DNA of 64,000 bases from a virus. Shown here piece by piece: positions 19,797 through 29,082 of this stretch. A model generated the notes under the pieces. That model saw only the letters and a program-made list of their open reading frames with translations. It searched no databases and had not been told where the DNA came from. The stretch's first letter is position 1. Every line of letters starts with the position of its first letter. The stretch spans positions 283,393-347,392 of the IMG/VR virus record IMGVR_UViG_3300042879_006196, one strand, 5' to 3'. Both the position numbers and the translations under genes were made by a program.

Positions 19797-22622
19797 GTGT
19801 GGTATCGGTATTGCAGATTAATTATAGCGAAAAAAGAACATATAATTGCCAAAATTTACAATCATTTTAGGGAAGAATATGAAAATTCTCCAAATGATTT
19901 ATATATTCTTGATGATATAAAAGAAAAATTATTAAAATTAGATGAAATAAATTTTTTTGATCAAAACATAATTGAATTAAACACTGATAAAAACACTAAT
20001 AAAAAAACTGTTAATTTTTTAGGAAAAGTTTGTGAAAGTTTAACTGATTTAGCAGAAGCTGTTGATCCCGTGTACGATGAAGTAATGTACAAAAAAGAAT
20101 ATAAACAAGAAAAGAAAAAACAACAAAGTTTACAAGCTTTAGAGTTTATTGCTGGAGAAGTTCAAGTATATCCCTGCAATGATGTCAATGATACAATAAG
20201 ATTTGGAAGGGGTACCACTTGGTGCATTTCTCAACCTGGTACAGGTATTAAAGCTTATAACTCATACAGACTTAATCACCAATCTACTTTTTACTATGTG
20301 CAAGATGGAACAAGAACAGACAATTTGAAAAGAGTGATGGTAGATATGCAAGCAAACGGTGTTGTCAAACTCACTGATTTTGGTAACACCACTGGTACAA
20401 TAGCTGAATTTGGTACAGATTGGCAAGCATATTTTGACTATTTGAAAGAAGAAAAAGAAGTAGATATTTCTCAATTTGTTAATAAACCATTAACAGAAGA
20501 AGAAAAAAAAGAAATCAATACACTTAGTGAAAGAAACACCGATTACGAATGGTTTAAAAAATTATCATCAGATTATAAATCTAAATATATTGGCATGGGT
20601 CATCTTTTGTCTGATGATCAACTAAGATATATTTTGAAAAGTTCTTTGAAAGACATTTTAATTCGGGAGTACTTGAATACAGGTACCTGTATTACAGAAA
20701 GCCAAAAAAATATGTTATTTACAAATAATCAATACAAAAATACTTATGAGTTTAGAAGAACAAATTATATTAATGAAATAAAAGCACAAGTTACTGAAGA
20801 TTACAAACTTAAAAATTTAGCACTGGGTTCAAATGATTTCGATTTAATCACAGAACTTATAAATGAAGGAAAAATTACAAAAGACCAATTCATGAAAGTT
20901 CAGTCTCCTGAAATGTTCTTTTTTTTGATGGATCAAGATTTTGATAAAAAGCGTTTAGTTGAATCTAATGCAGAACATAATTTTACAATTGACTATTTAA
21001 GTTCATTGCCTGCAAACGAGAGCAAAAATCTTTTATCTGGGGTTCTTTTAAGTAATCTGGCTGCAATTAGAAAACTTTATGCTAATGGTATGATAACTAG
21101 CAATAATATAAATTGGTATGCCGTATTTATATGGAATTATGGATTTGAATTTTCAGATATCGAATTGTTTAGTAACTTGTATAAACAAAGTGTTTTTCAG
21201 GAAGATATCGATCAAAAATTGAAACAAACTGAAGTTAAAACTCAATATAAAGCAGCTTTTTACCTTTCCAATAATATTAAAACAGATAAACCAATTGATT
21301 TCGCAACTATATTATCTATAGGTATTGATGAAAAGCTTAAAGCTTTTTATTATCAATATTTTGATACCTTAACGCCAGATCAAAAAAAATATATTCTTGA
21401 TAGAGTATCTTTTGGTTATGGAAATAATAATTTCTTAATATCATTGGGTAAAAAAATAGATTCTCTTGATGAAAAAGATCTATTTAGAGTCATAAACTCA
21501 GCTGACGCACAAGCAATGTTTGCTTTATCAAAACAACTTGCAAAAAATGATTTGCAAATTTTGATCAACGATGATAAAGCAAGATTCAGTAATCAACTTA
21601 CCATACAATGGCTTTTAAGTAATAATTTTGATGTGCAAGCCAAGAATATGGATTTTGCAGCACTTTTTTCTTCTGATCATGAAATAGCAGATTTTGTTTT
21701 TGAAAAATTTGAAAACTTAAGTAGTGAGGAACAAAAAAAACTGTTTGGTAGCTTTTACGTCCAACCAAAATCTATTAAAGTAGCAAAATATTTATTTGAA
21801 AAAGGCGCATCTTATTTCTTAAGGTTTGTTACATTCGACATCATTGATGCAATAATTAGTTCTATGACTAATCTGCCTTATGAAGCATGGGATAATATTT
21901 CAGGTAATGAAAAAATTTATAACAACAACGAATTTATTATGAAGTATATACCAAATTTAATTGGTAAATTTAGTTTTGCATATAGTGCTCCGTTAAGATT
22001 TTTTGACCTTATCTTTGAGAAATTTAACAATTTTGAACGTAATCAAGATTGGATAGTAAGACAATTTTGTTCTCATAATAAATCTTGCAATGAACAAGTG
22101 GCAGAAAAATATATAAAAAAATATCCTAGCTTAAAAGAAGTTATTATTCAAGCTTTTGTGGATAATTATAGCGGTAAAATTCCTTCAGAAGATTTTATAA
22201 ATAAATATTACGATGAAATTTCAGAATTTATTGGTTATCTTTATCGCTATAAAAATTTTACTGAAGATTACATAAGAAAATTTGCTGACAAAATAAAATT
22301 TGATAGAGTTCTTATGTCAACAAAAAATTTATCAAATGAATTTTTTGTTGATTTTGAAGAAAAAATTGCTGAGATTCCTGATCGTGAAATGAATGATATA
22401 CTAGAAAATACAACGTTACCTGAATATTTTTTGAGTAAATTTGCACATAAATTTAATGATTATAATTGGCGCCAAATATCAAGAAAATTTCAATTATCTG
22501 AAAATTTTATTATAAAATTTGCAGATAAATTAGATTTTCAATATATTAAATATAATGAAAATATTCCAGACGTAGTGAAACAAAATTTAAAAGTAAAAGG
22601 ATATGCAGTTGATATATTATGA
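19797..22622 (+). CDS. Large hypothetical protein (941 aa)
   Basis: Long ORF. The annotated start is a GTG inside an AGATTGTGT motif, so the true start may be a downstream ATG. Confidence 0.5.
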   Translation: MWYRYCRLIIAKKEHIIAKIYNHFREEYENSPNDLYILDDIKEKLLKLDEINFFDQNIIELNTDKNTNKKTVNFLGKVCESLTDLAEAVDPVYDEVMYKKEYKQEKKKQQSLQALEFIAGEVQVYPCNDVNDTIRFGRGTTWCISQPGTGIKAYNSYRLNHQSTFYYVQDGTRTDNLKRVMVDMQANGVVKLTDFGNTTGTIAEFGTDWQAYFDYLKEEKEVDISQFVNKPLTEEEKKEINTLSERNTDYEWFKKLSSDYKSKYIGMGHLLSDDQLRYILKSSLKDILIREYLNTGTCITESQKNMLFTNNQYKNTYEFRRTNYINEIKAQVTEDYKLKNLALGSNDFDLITELINEGKITKDQFMKVQSPEMFFFLMDQDFDKKRLVESNAEHNFTIDYLSSLPANESKNLLSGVLLSNLAAIRKLYANGMITSNNINWYAVFIWNYGFEFSDIELFSNLYKQSVFQEDIDQKLKQTEVKTQYKAAFYLSNNIKTDKPIDFATILSIGIDEKLKAFYYQYFDTLTPDQKKYILDRVSFGYGNNNFLISLGKKIDSLDEKDLFRVINSADAQAMFALSKQLAKNDLQILINDDKARFSNQLTIQWLLSNNFDVQAKNMDFAALFSSDHEIADFVFEKFENLSSEEQKKLFGSFYVQPKSIKVAKYLFEKGASYFLRFVTFDIIDAIISSMTNLPYEAWDNISGNEKIYNNNEFIMKYIPNLIGKFSFAYSAPLRFFDLIFEKFNNFERNQDWIVRQFCSHNKSCNEQVAEKYIKKYPSLKEVIIQAFVDNYSGKIPSEDFINKYYDEISEFIGYLYRYKNFTEDYIRKFADKIKFDRVLMSTKNLSNEFFVDFEEKIAEIPDREMNDILENTTLPEYFLSKFAHKFNDYNWRQISRKFQLSENFIIKFADKLDFQYIKYNENIPDVVKQNLKVKGYAVDIL

Positions 22623-23132
22623 GCTCAAAATATGCTTTTTAAATTTATCTAAATCATCTTTGAAATATAAATTAAATATGGGGATTTTTTTATTCTTAGC
22701 TATTCTTAAAGCTTGCCCTGTTCCCCCTTGCCAATTTTCTTCATCATCTACTTCACAATAGCAGATAATAAAATCAGATTTTGTTCGGCAATTTTTACCA
22801 AGCACTTGATATGTGTTTCTCGCCATTAGTTTTTGTACGCCTTCACTTGTGCCAAATAAGTTTGGATGAAATTGAAAAGCAATTTCATAAGCTTTTTCAC
22901 ATTGTGCGTAGAGGTCAGAATTATTTCCATTGAAACCTTTCCAGGGGAGATAAATTTCTTTGAGCCCACAGGCTTTATCACAGCCTTTTTCAAATGCTTT
23001 ATCAGCTCCATCAGCCCCTCCTGATCTTAAAACATAACCTTTTTTAGCTAAAACAGCGCCAAGTTTTTCCATTATAACAAGAACGTTTTCTGGTGTTGAT
23101 CTTGACCCTATTCCTGCATAATATTTTTCCAT
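22617..23132 (-). CDS. SLOG-superfamily (DprA/Smf- or LOG-like) Rossmann-fold protein
   Basis: GIGSRSTPENV...LRSGGADGADKAFEKG is the glycine-rich nucleotide-binding pattern of DprA/LOG-like folds. CGTATATAA lies 7 nt upstream of the start on the minus strand. Confidence 0.4.
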   Translation of the reverse strand: MEKYYAGIGSRSTPENVLVIMEKLGAVLAKKGYVLRSGGADGADKAFEKGCDKACGLKEIYLPWKGFNGNNSDLYAQCEKAYEIAFQFHPNLFGTSEGVQKLMARNTYQVLGKNCRTKSDFIICYCEVDDEENWQGGTGQALRIAKNKKIPIFNLYFKDDLDKFKKHILSS

Positions 23133-23219
23133 TAATTTATATACGAAAAAAGAATTGTCATTTTTTATTAGAAATAGAAACTATACGATAAATTTATCGT
23201 CTAAAAAATAAGGTCAAAA

Positions 23220-23789
23220 ATGAAAAAAAAAATTTTTAAAATAATCTTTACTGTTGTAACCGTTTTTATGCTGGCATCAATTTCTTTTGCACAATTCGAT
23301 GGAGCTGATAAAAAACTCACTGTGGAATACAAAAATTCAGATGTGAGAGAAGTGGTGATTTCAATTCTGAAATCCGTAAATTTGAGCTACACTCTTTTTC
23401 CAGAAGTACAAGGACAAGTGACTGTATCAGTAAAGGACGTGCCTCTTTTAACAGTATTAGAGAACATTCTTCAGCAAGTGGACTGTACATGGTCTTATGC
23501 AGGTGGAGTTGTTGTTATCAAAAAAAGAGAATTACCTCCTACCGAACCACAATCTCAAGAAATTACTTCAACACAATCTGGAAAACCTGCAAAAGTAATC
23601 AGAAAACTTATCATTCGCAGTAGTGACCCTTTGCTTATTGCTATGCTGTTAAGTGGAAGCCAAAATTATTTTGGTTCACCTGAGCCAACACAATCTTCAT
23701 ATTCTTTTGGTGGCTTTGGAAACAATATGATGGGTGGTTTTGGTGGATTTAGTGGGCAGGGCGGTTTTGGAGGAAATAACCTTAGATAA
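23220..23789 (+). CDS. Secreted protein with an STN/secretin-N-like region and a Gly-rich C-terminus
   Basis: N-terminal signal peptide KIIFTVVTVFMLASISFAQ. The block VTVSVKDVPLLTVLENILQ resembles STN/secretin N-terminal domains. The C-terminus is a GGFGG repeat region. Confidence 0.4.
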   Translation: MKKKIFKIIFTVVTVFMLASISFAQFDGADKKLTVEYKNSDVREVVISILKSVNLSYTLFPEVQGQVTVSVKDVPLLTVLENILQQVDCTWSYAGGVVVIKKRELPPTEPQSQEITSTQSGKPAKVIRKLIIRSSDPLLIAMLLSGSQNYFGSPEPTQSSYSFGGFGNNMMGGFGGFSGQGGFGGNNLR

Positions 23790-23790
23790 A

Positions 23791-23818
23791 AAAGGCTTCC
23801 ATTATGGAAGCCTTTCAA
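23791..23818. terminator. Bidirectional intrinsic terminator between convergent genes
   Basis: AGGCTTCCA-TTA-TGGAAGCCT, a perfect 9-bp stem flanked by A-run/T-run. Confidence 0.6.
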
Positions 23819-23819
23819 A

Positions 23820-24143
23820 TTAGTTGTTTAGATTAGCTATCTCTTCAGCTTGCTCTAATGTATAAGAATCAACTAAGCCAAGTGCTGGTTGTTCCAGAGC
23901 TTCTGTCGCAGCTTTAACTTTTTCAAGTTCTGACAATATATTACTTAAGTGTTTTTCCACTTCTGTAAGTTTTGTCTCAGACCATGTGCCAGCTCTTCCC
24001 ATTAAAAAGTTCAAATTCATGAATTGTACTTTGTTGTGGAATTTGTTGACAATAATATCTATCTTGTAAACGTGCAAAAGCACTTCTTTTAATTTTTCGA
24101 CTTTTAATTTTTCGTCCATGTTTATTTTATACATTTTTTTCAA
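23820..24143 (-). CDS. Hypothetical coiled-coil protein
   Basis: 107-aa ORF convergent with 23220-23789; the two share a bidirectional terminator. Confidence 0.35.
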   Translation of the reverse strand: MKKMYKINMDEKLKVEKLKEVLLHVYKIDIIVNKFHNKVQFMNLNFLMGRAGTWSETKLTEVEKHLSNILSELEKVKAATEALEQPALGLVDSYTLEQAEEIANLNN

Positions 24144-24210
24144 AAGCTTAATTGTTTCTTAACATAATTAAGAAGATTATAGTAACCAAAAAATGTAAAT
24201 AAATAATGTT

Positions 24211-25242
24211 ATGCTAAAATCTAAAGCTTTCACTTTAATAGAGCTTTTGGTGGTAATTGCCATCATAGCCATTCTCGCCGCAATTCTGTTCCCTGTTTTC
24301 GCTCAAGCAAAATTAGCCGCTAAAAAAGCGTCTGATTTAAGCAATGTTAAACAAATGGGTCTTGGTATTACTTTATATACAGGTGACAATGATGATATGT
24401 ATCCTTCTGCTTACTATCACAGAGCTTTTAATCCTGCTCTTGGTGGAACCAACGCTGGATATATTCACTGGTCAGGCATGGTGATGCCTTATGTTAAAAA
24501 CGTACAAATGTTTGTATCACCTGGTGATACCATTCGTGGTCATGCTCCAACATGTTTCTCTTCAGCTGATAACAATAGTGGCGCAGGTGCTCCAGGCGGA
24601 CAGGCAGCAAACGTATGTACAGCTAACCCTGCAATTGTTCCACCTCAATTTGTACGAGGTGGTGCGATTGTGGATGAGCAAGTTCCCCGCATTTCTTACA
24701 CTGTTAATTCTTTGGTAATTCCTAGATACCGAAATATTGGTGATGTCAATAGAGGCATTTCTTTGGTGAGCCAAACTCAGTTGGATAATGTTTCAAACAT
24801 CATCTTGCTTGCTGGATTTACAAGAAATCTTCCCTGTCTTTCATCAGCTTCTATCACTTCAACGACTAGAAGTGCATCGCACCGATCAACCAATGCAGTC
24901 ACAAGAGACTCAGCAAATACTCAGGTTTATTTTGGTAGTCAAGAAGACGGGGCTTCACGACCTTCTAGTTTGTTTGCTCTGAATTGGAACAATCTTGCTT
25001 CTAGTAATATTTTCAATTTATGTGCAACAAATCCACGAACAGATTACCCTCTCATTGTGTATCATGGTTATAACAATTGGAATAACTCTGGTGATAATTA
25101 TGGCATGGCAGATGGTTCTGCTAAATATCGACCATTCAGACAAACAATTGCTCCAACAAACTATCTTTGGGGGACAAGAGCGTATACTGATGGCAATCTT
25201 CCTATCTTAGATCCAGTGTCTGGCTTGCCAGTGCAAGGTTAA
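24211..25242 (+). CDS. Prepilin-type N-terminal cleavage/methylation protein (DUF1559-like pseudopilin)
   Basis: FTLIELLVVIAIIAILAAILFPVF is the class III signal sequence with the +5 Glu. The C-terminus contains YGMADGS, as in H-X9-DG/DUF1559 proteins typical of the Planctomycetes-Verrucomicrobia-Chlamydiae superphylum. Confidence 0.7.
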   Translation: MLKSKAFTLIELLVVIAIIAILAAILFPVFAQAKLAAKKASDLSNVKQMGLGITLYTGDNDDMYPSAYYHRAFNPALGGTNAGYIHWSGMVMPYVKNVQMFVSPGDTIRGHAPTCFSSADNNSGAGAPGGQAANVCTANPAIVPPQFVRGGAIVDEQVPRISYTVNSLVIPRYRNIGDVNRGISLVSQTQLDNVSNIILLAGFTRNLPCLSSASITSTTRSASHRSTNAVTRDSANTQVYFGSQEDGASRPSSLFALNWNNLASSNIFNLCATNPRTDYPLIVYHGYNNWNNSGDNYGMADGSAKYRPFRQTIAPTNYLWGTRAYTDGNLPILDPVSGLPVQG

Positions 25243-25243
25243 T

Positions 25244-25269
25244 AAAAAGCCCTCAATTGAGGGCTTTAA
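25244..25269. terminator. Bidirectional intrinsic terminator between convergent genes
   Basis: AAAGCCCTC-AATT-GAGGGCTTT. Confidence 0.6.
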
Positions 25270-25721
25270 GCATCTTGAAAAACTAATTTTTGAATTCCAT
25301 CTTCCTTAACTGTTCCAACCTGAACAGCACCTGCAGAATTTATAAGTTGGTCTGCTCCTCCAGAAGATCGATTAATTTTTGAGCCATTACATGAAATATA
25401 TGGCAAATCTGGATAACCATTTGATCTCAGCCAATCTTTGAAAGCATTTGCATCTCCTGCGATAAGGTTTCCTCTTTCTCCAAAAACTAATTTTCCATCT
25501 TCAGTGCCGTGTAGCAACCAAATACTCCTTTGTGTTCCATCGCTTGTTTTGATTTGCACTTGTTTAGGTGGGTCATCAGGTCCCATAAAAAACTGACCTC
25601 CTACCAATTCTACTTCAAGCCTTCCTTCACTTCCTGAGGGAATCATTTGCCTATAAGAATTGGGATCTAATTCTTGAACATTAGGATTTTGTGAACTGAG
25701 TTTGCTGAATTTGTACCACAC
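25266..25721 (-). CDS. Hypothetical protein
   Basis: 151-aa ORF. Confidence 0.3.
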   Translation of the reverse strand: MWYKFSKLSSQNPNVQELDPNSYRQMIPSGSEGRLEVELVGGQFFMGPDDPPKQVQIKTSDGTQRSIWLLHGTEDGKLVFGERGNLIAGDANAFKDWLRSNGYPDLPYISCNGSKINRSSGGADQLINSAGAVQVGTVKEDGIQKLVFQDA

Positions 25722-25732
25722 AATTTATATTT

Positions 25733-26269
25733 TCAGCTAAAAAAAGTAAAATCCTTGTCGGTAAATTTTTCACATTCTTCAAAAGGTTTACCAAGTTTGT
25801 CTTTATCTGACACAATCTGAGGAAAATCTTTCCAAGGAATGTCAAGACTGTTGTAAAGTAAAGATCTGTCATTTTCTTGACAATAATAATTAGAGCATTT
25901 GTAATAAACCACGCTATTATCTTCTAGCGATTGAAATCCATGTGCAAAGCCTTCTGGAATAAATATAGCCAAATGATTTTCGCTTGATAATTCGATGTCA
26001 AACCATTTACCAAAATAGGGCGATTGCTCTCTTAAATCTACAGCAACATCATATATTTTTCCTGCCAAACAATACACTAATTTTGCTTGTGGAATTTGAA
26101 CTTGATAATGCATGCCTCTAATCACTCCTTGTTTAGAAATTGAACAATTATCTTGAACAAATTTAACAGGAAAAATTTTATCTTTATGCAAAAAAGTTTC
26201 AGTGAATTGTCCTCTATAATCTTGGAAACATTTTAAATTAACTATTTTAATTCCACCAAAAGGCTCCAT
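25733..26269 (-). CDS. rmlC: dTDP-4-dehydrorhamnose 3,5-epimerase-like cupin
   Basis: FQDYRGQFTETF and GMHYQ...AKLVYCLAGKIYDVAVDLR match RmlC signature blocks. Confidence 0.75.
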   Translation of the reverse strand: MEPFGGIKIVNLKCFQDYRGQFTETFLHKDKIFPVKFVQDNCSISKQGVIRGMHYQVQIPQAKLVYCLAGKIYDVAVDLREQSPYFGKWFDIELSSENHLAIFIPEGFAHGFQSLEDNSVVYYKCSNYYCQENDRSLLYNSLDIPWKDFPQIVSDKDKLGKPFEECEKFTDKDFTFFS

Positions 26270-26319
26270 ACACTATTTATACACCAGGAAAATATTGATG
26301 ATAAGTTTAAATTAATAAA

Positions 26320-27114
26320 ATGGATAGAATTTCAATGATCAAATGCTGCAATGATCTTGATAAAAATGGTTTTTTTAAAGAATCTGAGTTGATAGAAAAT
26401 TTCATAAAACTATCCGCTATGCCTTTAGGAAATGATTTAAAAGATACAATCAGGAATTTATTACCTCCCTCTGCAAAAGCAATCTTTGATAAATACTTAC
26501 CTCCTAAAAAAACACAAGCCCCTGCACCAAAACAAAACCAAAAATCACTAAGAGAGAAAATATTACAACAAAGAAACAATCCTCAAATACCTTGGGGTAA
26601 TTATGGCAAATTTAAAACAAAGCTTGAAAAGTATGAGGGCGGTTTATCTAATAGACCACTTAAAGATGACCCTGGTGGATTAACTAACAAAGGCGTGACA
26701 GATGTAACATATAACAGATGGAGAAAAAGTAAAGGGCTAGGATATAAATCTGTTAGATATATCACTGACGAAGAAGTTAATCTTATCACTAAAAACTTAT
26801 ATTGGGATCAAATTAAAGGCGATTTTATTCCTCATCCAATTGCAATAGTTTTAGCAGATTGGAAATTCCTTGGTGGTAGTCCTGTACAAGAATTACAAAA
26901 ATTGATTGGAGTAAGCCCTGATGGTTTAATGGGCACAGCAACTGTGAAAGCTTTGTGGAGATACACTGGTCGTGATAATGAAAAAGCTAAACAGCTTGCT
27001 TTGAAATTATTAGATTCAAGAGAAAAATATATGAGAAAACTTCCAAATGCAGCCACTAATGGAGGTTGGTGGATAAGATTGGATGACATGAGAAAAACAA
27101 TTAGGGCTTTGTAG
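26320..27114 (+). CDS. GH108 N-acetylmuramidase with a peptidoglycan-binding domain (endolysin-like)
   Basis: KYEGGLSNRPLKDDPGGLTNKGVT matches the GH108 E-G-G...D-P-G-G-x-T-x-x-G-I/V-T block. The C-terminal region resembles a PG_binding_3 domain. Confidence 0.65.
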   Translation: MDRISMIKCCNDLDKNGFFKESELIENFIKLSAMPLGNDLKDTIRNLLPPSAKAIFDKYLPPKKTQAPAPKQNQKSLREKILQQRNNPQIPWGNYGKFKTKLEKYEGGLSNRPLKDDPGGLTNKGVTDVTYNRWRKSKGLGYKSVRYITDEEVNLITKNLYWDQIKGDFIPHPIAIVLADWKFLGGSPVQELQKLIGVSPDGLMGTATVKALWRYTGRDNEKAKQLALKLLDSREKYMRKLPNAATNGGWWIRLDDMRKTIRAL

Positions 27115-27269
27115 AAGTTTTTTTGAGTGCTTCGCTAATTTGTTTAAAAATCTCATCTATATCTTCTGGCTCAACATCCTCAAAAGTGTTGTCATTTAAG
27201 GTTATTGAAATTTTAACATTCTTGTCTTTTTTTCTAAATATATTTTTAATTTTTTCCCACATGATGTAA

Positions 27270-27578
27270 TTGTACAATCATAACATGGAAAGTTTTCAGA
27301 AAGATAGAAATATTACTGAAATTCCCATTCACCCCACTTATGAAAAAAAAACTGATGGTCATCTTGAGTGGTATAATCATTTAGATTCTATTTACTTTTT
27401 TAAAAACCAAAATGAACTTTTTGATTGTTTTTTTATTATCTTGAACAAAAAAATTTATATATCCTATAATGTTAGAAATAATCTTTCAATAGATTTCATG
27501 AAATTTGTGAAAATCACCGCCCCCACTAATATCAAAGATAAAAAAAGAAGAATATATAAACCCACAAAATTAATGTAA
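27270..27578 (+). CDS. Hypothetical protein
   Basis: 102-aa ORF. Confidence 0.3.
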   Translation: MYNHNMESFQKDRNITEIPIHPTYEKKTDGHLEWYNHLDSIYFFKNQNELFDCFFIILNKKIYISYNVRNNLSIDFMKFVKITAPTNIKDKKRRIYKPTKLM

Positions 27579-27597
27579 AAAAATTGTATAAAAGATA

Positions 27598-28101
27598 GTG
27601 ATGAATCAAATCTGTATCGCTAAAAAACTTTCATATAACAACGTCGAGTTTTTAGATTTTGCAATCAATTCGCAAGATCAAGACAAGCTAATGACTTTTG
27701 CCACTTACAAAGAGGCTCATGAATACTTAAAAAGTGAGGTTGAAAAACCTGAGGAATTGCTTGATTTCATAATTACAACTATTGACGCTCAAAAAGACAA
27801 TCCTCGAATGAAAGAGCTGTTGGCATTGGGTACTTCAAACCAAGCTCCAACTACTGCCACTCCTCCATCAGCACCAGTAGCTGATGTATCAAGCACCACT
27901 GAGGAAGTGGAATGTTATTTTCTTTTAGATTGTTCAAATTTTGAAATTCTTAATAATGATTCAATTATCGAAAGAGCGACCAATCGTCAGCTTATTCCTG
28001 TATTAGCTTTTGTTGACGCCACTAATCCAGAATCTTTAGTACAAGCTCCAAATTTCAAGCTCAAACAAGCATACATTGGTGTTGCTAAAGACCCTCAATA
28101 A
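27598..28101 (+). CDS. Hypothetical protein, probably co-transcribed with the PurA-like gene
   Basis: 167-aa ORF that ends 3 nt before the PurA-like start. Confidence 0.35.
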   Translation: MMNQICIAKKLSYNNVEFLDFAINSQDQDKLMTFATYKEAHEYLKSEVEKPEELLDFIITTIDAQKDNPRMKELLALGTSNQAPTTATPPSAPVADVSSTTEEVECYFLLDCSNFEILNNDSIIERATNRQLIPVLAFVDATNPESLVQAPNFKLKQAYIGVAKDPQ

Positions 28102-28104
28102 TAA

Positions 28105-29064
28105 ATGATTGAAGCCGTTGATGTAATTTTTGGTGCTTCTTGGGGAGACGAAGGTAAAGGGAAAATCTCCTCAAGAATTGCCAAAAACTATGATTATGTT
28201 TGTAGGTTTAATGGTGGCTCAAATGCTGGTCATACATTTTATGTCAATGACAAAAAAGTAATCACTCATGTCATCCCATCAGGAATTGCATTTAATATAC
28301 CATCAATCATTGGACCAAATTGTGTAGTTTGCATTGAAGAATTCTTTGCAGAGCTATCATATTTAGAGCATTTAGGCTTTAATCCTAAGCTAGTGAAGAT
28401 AAGTCCAAAAGCACATATTGTCACGCCTCATCATAAAGAACAAGATGCTAATTATTATTCAAAATTAATAGGTACCACTTCTAAAGGCATTGGTTTGTGT
28501 TATGCTGACAAGGCGCTTAGAACAGGTGTAAGAGCAGATACTGTTATGCCAAAGGAGTATCTCTGGGATGAAAAACTTGATGGTCATGTTCTTTGTGAGG
28601 GCGCACAATCGTTCTGGTTAGATATTAATCAGGGTTCATATCCTTATGTTACATCTTCAGAGTGTTTGCCATATGCTTCTTGTTCGTTGGGATTTTCTCC
28701 CAAAAAAATTCGTGACATTATAGCAGTAGCAAAAATGTATGATACACGATCTGGAGTGGATCCTTATTTTGATTTAGACGATGAAGAGACACAGTTGGTG
28801 GCTAAATTAGGAAATGAGTACGGAACCACCACAGGAAGAGCAAGACAGGTAAAATGGTTAAATCTTGATAAGTTGTCTTATGCTATTGAGAAAGCTGGCG
28901 CAAATATATTATATATGAACAAAGGCGATATTTTAGAAGAAGCAAAAATCTTTAAATTATATCATAATTCAGAATTATTGTCTTTCAGCGATATAGAAGA
29001 AATGAAAGCTTTTATACTTGAAAAAGTCAAAGAAGTTCAGATTGTGTGGGATTTTCAAGCTTAA
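28105..29064 (+). CDS. Adenylosuccinate-synthetase-family enzyme, shortened to 319 aa (PurA-like, possible PurZ-type)
   Basis: It retains the PurA blocks WGDEGKGK (P-loop), GGSNAGHT, GTTSKGIG, EGAQ, YPYVTSS and GTTTGRAR. It lacks roughly 100 residues from the middle of canonical 430-aa PurA. Confidence 0.8.
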   Translation: MIEAVDVIFGASWGDEGKGKISSRIAKNYDYVCRFNGGSNAGHTFYVNDKKVITHVIPSGIAFNIPSIIGPNCVVCIEEFFAELSYLEHLGFNPKLVKISPKAHIVTPHHKEQDANYYSKLIGTTSKGIGLCYADKALRTGVRADTVMPKEYLWDEKLDGHVLCEGAQSFWLDINQGSYPYVTSSECLPYASCSLGFSPKKIRDIIAVAKMYDTRSGVDPYFDLDDEETQLVAKLGNEYGTTTGRARQVKWLNLDKLSYAIEKAGANILYMNKGDILEEAKIFKLYHNSELLSFSDIEEMKAFILEKVKEVQIVWDFQA

Positions 29065-29082
29065 AATCCGTATATTAAATGT

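Noticed and set aside
24211-25242. Using the DUF1559 pseudopilin to assign the window to a Planctomycetes-Verrucomicrobia-Chlamydiae bacterial chromosome.
   Set aside because: A single family member is insufficient. The surrounding gene content looks like accessory or mobile DNA: there are no ribosomal or aminoacyl-tRNA synthetase genes in 64 kb, and nusG is out of its universal operon context. Origin is left open.
28105-29064. Calling the PurA-like gene ordinary housekeeping purA.
   Set aside because: It is about 100 residues shorter than canonical PurA and sits in a nucleotide-modification neighbourhood with ThyX. It is kept as 'PurA-family, function uncertain' and flagged as a PurZ-type candidate.
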